17,730 nucleotides of DNA from Pedosphaera sp. (lineage in GTDB: Bacteria; Verrucomicrobiota; Verrucomicrobiia; Limisphaerales; SIBH01): NCBI GenBank assembly GCA_031414955.1, contig JANOQV010000138.1, forward strand, positions 1 to 17,730, written 5' to 3'. This document shows, one piece after another, positions 7,658-14,700 of this stretch (positions are counted from its first letter, which is position 1; the number at the start of each line of letters is the position of its first letter). The notes under the pieces were generated by a model. That model made no database searches. It was not told the origin of the DNA and saw only the letters and a program-made list of their open reading frames with translations. The translations under genes were made by a program, and so were the position numbers.

Positions 7658-8218
7658 ATGACTCGCGTGTCTTGTTTACTAGCGGTGCTGGCCGGCGTGG
7701 TAACTGGTTGCCAGCCGTCCCACCAATCTTCCTCCCCGGTTTCCCTTATGAAGACGAACGAACCCCTCGCGGCGGCCGCCGCGACCAGTCCAGCCCAGGT
7801 CGAGAAGTCGGATGCGGAATGGCGCCAGGTGTTGAACCCGGAGCAGTATCGCGTGTTACGCCAGGCGGGGACGGAACGGCCGTTCGGCGCGACGTATGAG
7901 CAGTTCAAGCAGCAGGGCACGGGCACGTACGTGTGCGGCGGGTGCGGAGCGCCGTTGTTTTCCTCGAAGGAAAAGTTCGATTCACATTGCGGCTGGCCAT
8001 CCTTCTACGACCCGGCCAATGCGAAGAACGTGGTCACGCGTGAAGATGTTTCGATCGGCTCGACCCGCACGGAAGTGCTCTGCGCGCAATGCGGCGGGCA
8101 TCTGGGCCATGTGTTCAAAGGGGAGGGCTTCCCCACGCCGACCGACAAACGCTATTGCATCAACGGCGTGTCACTGAAATTTGTGCCCGCCGGGGGCACG
8201 AACGCCGCGAAGCCTTGA
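7658..8218 (+). CDS. msrB: Peptide-methionine (R)-S-oxide reductase MsrB, predicted lipoprotein
   Basis: Motifs [18 protein letters not shown] and CAQC zinc pairs, HCGWPSF, GHLGHVF and RYCING. ATG at 7658 begins [18 protein letters not shown] (lipobox-like). The longer 7262 start overlaps the DnaJ-class gene and is unlikely. Confidence 0.93.
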   Translation: MTRVSCLLAVLAGVVTGCQPSHQSSSPVSLMKTNEPLAAAAATSPAQVEKSDAEWRQVLNPEQYRVLRQAGTERPFGATYEQFKQQGTGTYVCGGCGAPLFSSKEKFDSHCGWPSFYDPANAKNVVTREDVSIGSTRTEVLCAQCGGHLGHVFKGEGFPTPTDKRYCINGVSLKFVPAGGTNAAKP

Positions 8219-9099
8219 GGGGCCCGAGGGCGCTCCGCAGCCAGCTTGCGCAAGCGCAGCGCAGCCGGCACGCCCTTCTTCGCCGGGTGCCGCACGGCGT
8301 GGCGGATCAGCCATTTCCGCTCGGATGATGCGCCCTCCACCCAGCGCTCGCAGAGATCAAACGCCAGTTCCGGGTGGTCCTTCGCGAGATCGCCAATGTG
8401 ATTGGCCACACTGCGGCGGACGTAACCATCCGCATCGTCCTTGAGGGCTTCGAGGATGGGGAGCAACGGCCTTGGGTCTTTGATGAAGGCGGGGATCCGC
8501 ACCGCCCAGGGCAGCCGAGGTCGCGCGCCTTCCGAGCAGAGCCGCCGCACATGCGGGTTGGGATCACGCGTCCACTCCAACAAGCGGGCCAGGGTGCGTT
8601 CCGGGCAGCGAATCAAGAACGGTCGCAGGGAGAACTCCGCGCTGAAACGCCGCGTCAATTCATGCTGCGCCATCATCGAAGTCTCGAACGGGTAGCAACC
8701 GCCGTTGCCGGCCGCATCCAGCCCGTAGTTCGCCACGAAGCACACATGCGGCAGATAGAAGAAAACAGCGAGTCCCAGATCATCAGTCGGACCCAGCGGC
8801 GGCGTGAGTGAACGGACCAGCACTCGCACGGCCTCCTCATAGCGATCCGGCAGGTGCGCGCGCAACGCCCGCGCAAGATGGTGGCCGCGCGCGATGATGC
8901 CCAGCGGTTGCAGCCCCTGCCCGGCGGCGCGACGAAAGTCCCCCGCCGGAAAGTCTGGATGCGCCAGGGAAAGATTTGCCGCGAGACAATCAATCGCCTC
9001 GAAGTCGAGCAGATCCTTCAGCGTGCTGCCCTTCTGGATGGACCGCGGCGCGGCCGGGATGCGCAAGCCAGCCAGAGCCGGAGGGGTGGGCTTGGTCAT
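8152..9099 (-). CDS. alkC: AlkC-type HEAT-like-repeat 3-methyladenine DNA glycosylase (DNA alkylation repair)
   Basis: Signature motifs [27 protein letters not shown] and [18 protein letters not shown]. There is no C-terminal Ig-like extension. ATGA overlap with the upstream gene at 9096-9099. Confidence 0.85.
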   Translation of the reverse strand: MTKPTPPALAGLRIPAAPRSIQKGSTLKDLLDFEAIDCLAANLSLAHPDFPAGDFRRAAGQGLQPLGIIARGHHLARALRAHLPDRYEEAVRVLVRSLTPPLGPTDDLGLAVFFYLPHVCFVANYGLDAAGNGGCYPFETSMMAQHELTRRFSAEFSLRPFLIRCPERTLARLLEWTRDPNPHVRRLCSEGARPRLPWAVRIPAFIKDPRPLLPILEALKDDADGYVRRSVANHIGDLAKDHPELAFDLCERWVEGASSERKWLIRHAVRHPAKKGVPAALRLRKLAAERPRAPQGFAAFVPPAGTNFSDTPLMQ

Positions 9100-11282
9100 G
9101 GTGCCACCTCGAAGACGGCGAGCCAGGAGCGAGCTTGCGCGGGGTCGTTCAGGCAGAGCGCCCCAGCACGAATCTTCGACCGGGGCTGGCCTTCCAACTG
9201 GAGCGGCTGCCGGGCTTGGAGCAGGCGGGCGTAGCTGGGAAAGTCTTCCGCGCCCTCCGCCTGCGCCGCCTTGCGGGTGATGATGCGGAACAACCCGCGA
9301 CGGCCCGGACAGACCTGCTTCATTAACTCCAGCGTCAGCCGCCCCATCGTGTAACGCGGATTGATCTCCACGATGGGCTTGAGCCGGCAGGTGCCATCAG
9401 TCGCGCGATAGACAAAAGCATCAATGCCCAGCGGTCCGGTGAAATCGACCCGGCGCAACTCGGCTTCGAGTCCCGCGAAGATTTGCTCGAAGACACGGTG
9501 CCACCGGGCCGTGACCGCAACCGGCTTGGCGAACAGCGCGGTCACGGCCGAAGGAATCCGCCGGGCGAAATTGGGTGCGGCCCAGTTGGCCTGGAACTGG
9601 CCCTTGGCATCGTTCACCAATCCGGTGAAGCCGCGCAGCTTCAAGCCGCCCGGCTCCATCTCCAGTTGGGCCGAGAAATCCTGCGCGCGTTCCAGCCACG
9701 GTTCCACCACCAGCTCGCGCCCGTTCTCCAATGCCCTCATCATCCATTGCCGTTGCGCGGGGAGCAGTTCCGGCTCCCACAGGCGAAGGGCATTATGCCC
9801 GGCCAGTCCGAGCGCCTCCTTCACCACGATCTTGTGCTGACCGCGACGACGGATGGACGCGATGGCGGCCAGCGCCTGAGCAAACTCGTTCACCGGCCGG
9901 CCCGCTTCCGCCTCGGTGCAGAGTCCGTCTTCGCGGGGGAACAGGGCGAGCATCCGGCGCAGGAAGGCCGCACTCCACGACTTCGAGTAAAGCTGCGCCA
10001 GACCTTCGTTGTAGCGCTGTGGGGCGGTCCGTTCCTCGCCCGTGACGCGGGCGAGGAGCGGCGCGAACAGCTTCATGCTGTCCGGTCCCCAAGCCCACGG
10101 ACGGAGCTTGCCAAGCTTGCGCTGGGCCAGGGAAGTGAGCGCGGAGGGAGCGCCGATCTCCGGACCCGCCTGGGGCATGACTTGGGCGAGGATCGCCGGG
10201 CCTTGCTCGACCTGTGGACCGGTGGTTCCTCCCGGACGAACGAGGCCCGGTGCTCCTTCCAACTCCACAAATTCAGGAAGCGCAAAACCCGCCCGCTTAA
10301 GCTCGCTCAGGAATTGGACCGAAGGCCGCCGCGGCACGATGACCACGTCGTCCTGGCGGCCAAGATATTGCGGCAAGTTCGCCAGATCGCGCGCCAGTTG
10401 CGCCTGCAGATTGTTCGGAGTGAAGGCATGGCCCCGGGCGATGAACGCCTCGGCGAAAGGATTGAAGACGAACACGTTGGGCGTGCGCCCCTTCGATTGC
10501 GCATAGACGTCCAACTCCGCGATGAATTCCGCGTCCAGGCCCGCCGCGCGGCGACCCTCGACATTCAGCGTGAGCCCCTTGGCCCGCTGCGGCGAGAGCG
10601 GGAATTTGAGCTGGCGACAGAAGGCCTCCCAGTCGCCTTGACCCGGATTCTTCCAATGCCGGAACCATTTCAACCCGTGGGCGACGTGGCCGATTTCGTC
10701 GCGGTACACTTGGTCGAGCAGCTTGGCCGTGGTCACGTCGCCCACCAACTGAAACTCGCACGCGAAGTGCCGGCAGAAATCCAGGTTCGCCTGCTCGAAG
10801 GTCAGGCTCAACGCCGCCACGTAATCCATCGGATGCTCCATGGTGGAGACAGCGCGCCAGAAATAGCCGCTCACCGGCAGTTCGCCGAATTGAATCCCGC
10901 ATTCCTTCATGCGCTGGAGGTAGAGGAGCGTGTGCGCCTGCTCGTCCTTGAGGGTCTGCAAAACGCCCCGGCGAAAAGCCGGCGGTGCCGCCGGAAAGCG
11001 CAACAACACCAGCGCCATCAACTCCGTGGCCAGCAATTCGTGATTGGCGAAAAAATGCAGCAAGCGTCCCCGCTCCGCGGCTTGCTCCAGCCGCTGCGTG
11101 CCGGGGAACTCAGCCTGGCCCGCGCCTTGCGACTTGAATTTCAATTCCTCTGGCCGCCCCGGCATTGCGGGCGTGTCCAAACTGGAGCCTGGCCGCTCAT
11201 CGGTCACGTCCGGCGGGCACCAGAGTTTCTCCTCCAGCGTCGTCGCAAACAGAATGCGCCCGGCCAATTCAGACAGTTCCAT
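9096..11282 (-). CDS. Fusion protein: ferritin-like di-iron domain (DUF455-type) plus ATP-grasp domain
   Basis: The N-terminal ~260 aa carry a complete di-metal ligand pattern (FANHE...E, DEQAH, TFEQANLD, DEIGH). The C-terminal part has ATP-grasp motifs IVVK...G.AG, VVEPWL, GPLGIDAFVY and VEINPRYTMG. The likely start is ATG 11282; the ORF extension to 11462 runs through a repeat element. Confidence 0.85.
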   Translation of the reverse strand: MELSELAGRILFATTLEEKLWCPPDVTDERPGSSLDTPAMPGRPEELKFKSQGAGQAEFPGTQRLEQAAERGRLLHFFANHELLATELMALVLLRFPAAPPAFRRGVLQTLKDEQAHTLLYLQRMKECGIQFGELPVSGYFWRAVSTMEHPMDYVAALSLTFEQANLDFCRHFACEFQLVGDVTTAKLLDQVYRDEIGHVAHGLKWFRHWKNPGQGDWEAFCRQLKFPLSPQRAKGLTLNVEGRRAAGLDAEFIAELDVYAQSKGRTPNVFVFNPFAEAFIARGHAFTPNNLQAQLARDLANLPQYLGRQDDVVIVPRRPSVQFLSELKRAGFALPEFVELEGAPGLVRPGGTTGPQVEQGPAILAQVMPQAGPEIGAPSALTSLAQRKLGKLRPWAWGPDSMKLFAPLLARVTGEERTAPQRYNEGLAQLYSKSWSAAFLRRMLALFPREDGLCTEAEAGRPVNEFAQALAAIASIRRRGQHKIVVKEALGLAGHNALRLWEPELLPAQRQWMMRALENGRELVVEPWLERAQDFSAQLEMEPGGLKLRGFTGLVNDAKGQFQANWAAPNFARRIPSAVTALFAKPVAVTARWHRVFEQIFAGLEAELRRVDFTGPLGIDAFVYRATDGTCRLKPIVEINPRYTMGRLTLELMKQVCPGRRGLFRIITRKAAQAEGAEDFPSYARLLQARQPLQLEGQPRSKIRAGALCLNDPAQARSWLAVFEVAP
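10144..10259. repeat. Degenerate REP-doublet-like inverted repeat lying within the coding sequence of the fusion gene
   Basis: The ends GAGGGAGCGCCG and CGGTGCTCCTTC are 10/12 complementary. GGAGCGCCGA (10147-10156) equals the reverse complement of the REP end at 11466-11475. The segment encodes a Gly/Pro-rich loop, GAPGLV...PEIGAP. Confidence 0.5.
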
Positions 11283-11378
11283 ACCGTGGCTGTGTGCGTA
11301 ACATTGGCCCGCCGGAGTGGCGAGCCTATCGTGGTTGAATCGCCGGAATTGCTCAGGGCCGGGAGGCAGGGCAGACGT

Positions 11379-11534
11379 ATCTACTGAGGCTCGTGCCATA
11401 GAATGACGGAACGCCGAGCATTGCTCGGCACAAAGGGGCGGCGTTCCACTCATGCCGAGCAATGCTCGGCGCTCCTTCTACAGACACGCCTGTCGCATCA
11501 TGGCTGTCACTCCATGGCACGAGTCTCAGTAAAT
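11379..11534. mobile_element. MITE-like element with ~29-bp terminal inverted repeats
   Basis: ATCTACTGAGGCTCGTGCCATAGAATGAC (11379-11407) versus the reverse complement of 11506-11534 (ATTTACTGAGACTCGTGCCATGGAGTGAC) is 25/29 identical. TA dinucleotides at 11382-83 and 11530-31 could be an IS630/Tc1-type target duplication. No coding capacity. Confidence 0.65.
11408..11475. repeat. REPIN-like inverted REP doublet (GGAG-foot class)
   Basis: GGAACGCCGAGCATTGCTCGGCA (11408-11430) and TGCCGAGCAATGCTCGGCGCTCC (11453-11475) are inverted copies (22/23). Each is itself a palindrome (GCCGAGCA-N-TGCTCGGC). Confidence 0.8.
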
Positions 11535-11554
11535 CTGCGCGCCACGAGCATCCG

Positions 11555-11667
11555 AAACACCAAGCACCAATCCTCAAACCAGCCCCGAAGCGTTGAGGCG
11601 AACGCCCGCTCGGAACCGGCCACTGCTTGGAGCTTCTCTGGAGCTTGGCGCTTGGCGCTTGGTGTTT
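11555..11667. repeat. Heptamer-based (GCTTGGN) tandem/inverted repeat element
   Basis: The right arm GCTTGGAGCTTCTCTGGAGCTTGGCGCTTGGCGCTTGGTGTTT (11625-11667) has tandem 7-mers. The left arm AAACACCAAGCACCAA (11555-11570) is 15/16 complementary to 11652-11667. Confidence 0.7.
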
Positions 11668-11733
11668 TTCCCCATGGGTGCTCACCGAATTGAGATGGGT
11701 CTGCCCGACCGTCAGAACCAGGCTTTTCAGCCC

Positions 11734-14700
11734 TCACTCCACCCGCAACCGATAGAAGCGCGAGCGGTGCGGCGGCCCCGAGGAGTCGAAGAGCAGACTC
11801 ACGTTTCCAGCATTGGTGCTGAGCGGGGTCCAGTCAGGGTCGGAGAGCCTGGTCTTGAATTCGAGCACCAGGGTTCGTCCGGTCGCAGTTCCAAGCACGG
11901 GGAGGAGCACGCCGGTTTCTCCCAGCGTCACCACGCCCAGACGGACTTCGCGCGATTTGACCGGACTCAAATCAGCCGCGCCGTTGGTGACCGCCAGTTC
12001 AACGGGCACGCTGACCACCAGACCAAAGGCATTGCTCACCAGGACGTCGTAGAAGCCCGCATGAACCGGAGTCACGTTGCTCAAGACCAGGGTGGCATTG
12101 GTGGCGGTGGGGTTGAGCAGCACCGCAATCACGTTTGAATCCTGCCGCCAGAGAAAGCGCAAAGGTGCGGCGCCGGTGGCCAGGACGCTGAAATTCACCG
12201 TCGAGTTGGTCAGCGCGGCCAAACTAACGGGCTGGGTGAGGATGCGCGGCACGGAGTAATTCGTCACCCCGCCGTCGGGCAGATAAACCGTGCCGTTCAG
12301 GTTGGTGACCGTGAGCGAGGCCAGCCCGCTGGTGGCGGAGCCGAAAAGGTTTGTGATCACGGCCTGATAGAAGCCGGCGTTGGTCGCCTGCGCGTTGGTC
12401 ACGGACAGGAAAATGTTCGTGGCCGTGCTGAACTCCTCCACCGCGATCACATTGGAGTTGAAGAACCATTGGAGCGAGAACGGCGGCACGCCGGTGACGC
12501 TCAGGGAGAAGGTCGCATGGTTGCTCTCCTGCACCGATTGGCTGACCGGCTGGCTGGTGAGACGCGGGATGAGGTAATTCGTCACGGTCCCGTTCGGCAG
12601 ATGCACCGTGCCGTTTTCGTTCGAAACCGTCAGGGAAACCACCAGGCTGGTCGAGCGGCCAAAGGTGTTCGTAACGACCACGAAGTAAAAGCCCGCCTCG
12701 GTCCCGGCTGCGTTCGGCAGGCTGAAAGTGGGATTGAAGGTGGACGCATTTTGAATCTCCGGGATGGAGTCACCGTTGAAATACCAGCGGTAGAAGAAGG
12801 GCGGCGCACCCGTGACGGTGACAGAAAAAGCCACGGCGTTGCTCTCCAGCACCATCTGGTTCGTCGGCTGTTCGAGGATGCCGGGCGCGAGGAAGTTGGT
12901 GGTGCCGCCGTTGGGCAGGAAGACCAGTCCGCTCGTGTTGGTCAGCGTGAGCGAGGCCACCAGACTGGTCGTGCCGCCGAGCAGATTGGTGACGGTGGCG
13001 TGATAGAAGCCAGCCCGGGCGCTCAACACGTTCGTCAAGGTGAGGACGTTCGAGAGCGCACTCGGATTGGCCACGGCATCAATTCCGTTTGAATTGAAAA
13101 ACCAACGGTAAACCAGGGTCGGCGCGCCCGTGGCCATGACCGAGAAGGACACCGTATTGCTCAACTGGGCAATCTGACTGACCGGGCTTTCCAGCAGGCG
13201 CGGGGCGTTCAGGTTCGTGGTGCCGCCGCCGGGCAGATAGACGATGCCTTCGAGGTTCGAGACGGAGAGCGAGGCGACGATGCTGGTCGCCGCGCCGAAG
13301 TGGTTGGTGGCGACCACATGATAAAAGCCGACGTTGGTGCGGAGCGCCTCGGGAATGGAAAGCGTGGTGTTGGTGGCGGTCGGATTCACGGAGGCCGAGA
13401 TGGCATTCGAGTTCCGATACCATTGGAGAAACACTTGGGGAGCACCGGTGAAGTTGACCGAGAAGGAGGCCGCGTTACTCTCGACCACGATCACATTGCT
13501 CGGCTGAAGGGAGAAGCCCGGCCCGCGCACATCGGAATCGAAGGTGAGTTGCACCGGCGCGTTGCTGTTGTAAGTGCTGCTGCCGTCGCCACCCGTGCCG
13601 CCCCCGATCTGGCCGTGGCCATTCCAACCCCAGGCCCAGACGCTGCCGTCCAAGGCCAGACCCAGCGAATGACTCGAAGCATCGATGGCCTGCCAGGCAA
13701 GATTGGTCGCAATGGCCACCGGCAGGCGTTGGTTCGCGCCGTTGGTGTTGCTCTTCCAGCCATTGGTCCCATTGCCCAACTGGCCAAACCAGTTCGCGCC
13801 CCAGGCAAAGAGCGCGCCGTTCGTCTTGATGGCCAGGCTGTGGCCAAACCCGGCCTCCATGACTTGCCAGTCATTGTGATTACCGACCCGGACAGGCCGG
13901 GTGCTGTTGGTCGCGCCCCCGGTGCCAAGTTGTCCATAATTGTTCCGGCCCCAGGACCAGAGCGTGCCGTCCGTTCTCAAGGCCAGGGAGTGAACGACCC
14001 CGGCGCTCAAGGCCGCCCAGTTTGTGCTGGTGCCGATTTGCACGGGCGTGCGCTGCGAGGTGCGGTGGCCCAGGCCAAGTTGCGCGTTGGTGTTCCCACC
14101 CCAGGCCCAGATGGTGCCATCCGCGCGCCGCGCCAGACTGTAGGAACCGCCCGCCCGCACTTCGACCCAGGCGGAGTCCGTGCCCACGCGAACCGGGGAG
14201 GAGCTGTTCACACTCGTGCCCAGGCCAAGCTGTCCGGCGGCGTTCCCGCCCCAGGTCCAGAGCGAACCATCTCGTTGCAGGGCGACCACATGGGTTGCGC
14301 CCGCCTCGGCTTGCACCCAGTTCGTGTCGAGGCCGATCCGCACCGGAAGGCGTTGGGGCGAGCCGGCCAACCCCAGGCCAAGCTGGCCCAGATCATTCAA
14401 GCCCCACGCCCAGAGCGTGCCGTTCGTCTGGAGGCCGAGGGAGAATCCACCGGGTTGGCCGGACAGAGGATCGGCACCGCGGCTTCCGCCCGCCACGCTG
14501 GACCAGACGGCGTTGGTGGTCACGGTTCCATTCGTCCCCAGCAGCCGGGGCAAATCACGGAAGATCAAATTCGCCCCGCTGGAACTGACGGTTCCGTCGC
14601 CGACCTGACCGAAGTTGTTCAACCCCCAGGTCCAAAGCGTGCCGTCCGCCCGCACGGCCAGGGAATGCCGAGGCCCGGCGGCCAGCGCGCGCGCGGCCAG

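Noticed and set aside
8140..8170. Selenocysteine-containing MsrB
   Set aside because: The catalytic motif is RYCING with an ordinary TGC Cys codon.
9483..11387. 634-aa + strand ORF
   Set aside because: It lies antisense to the ferritin-like/ATP-grasp gene and has no motifs. This is a typical high-GC shadow ORF.
11283..11737. Short ORFs and the 60-aa N-terminal extension to 11462
   Set aside because: They are translations of the MITE, REP and heptamer repeats rather than credible genes.
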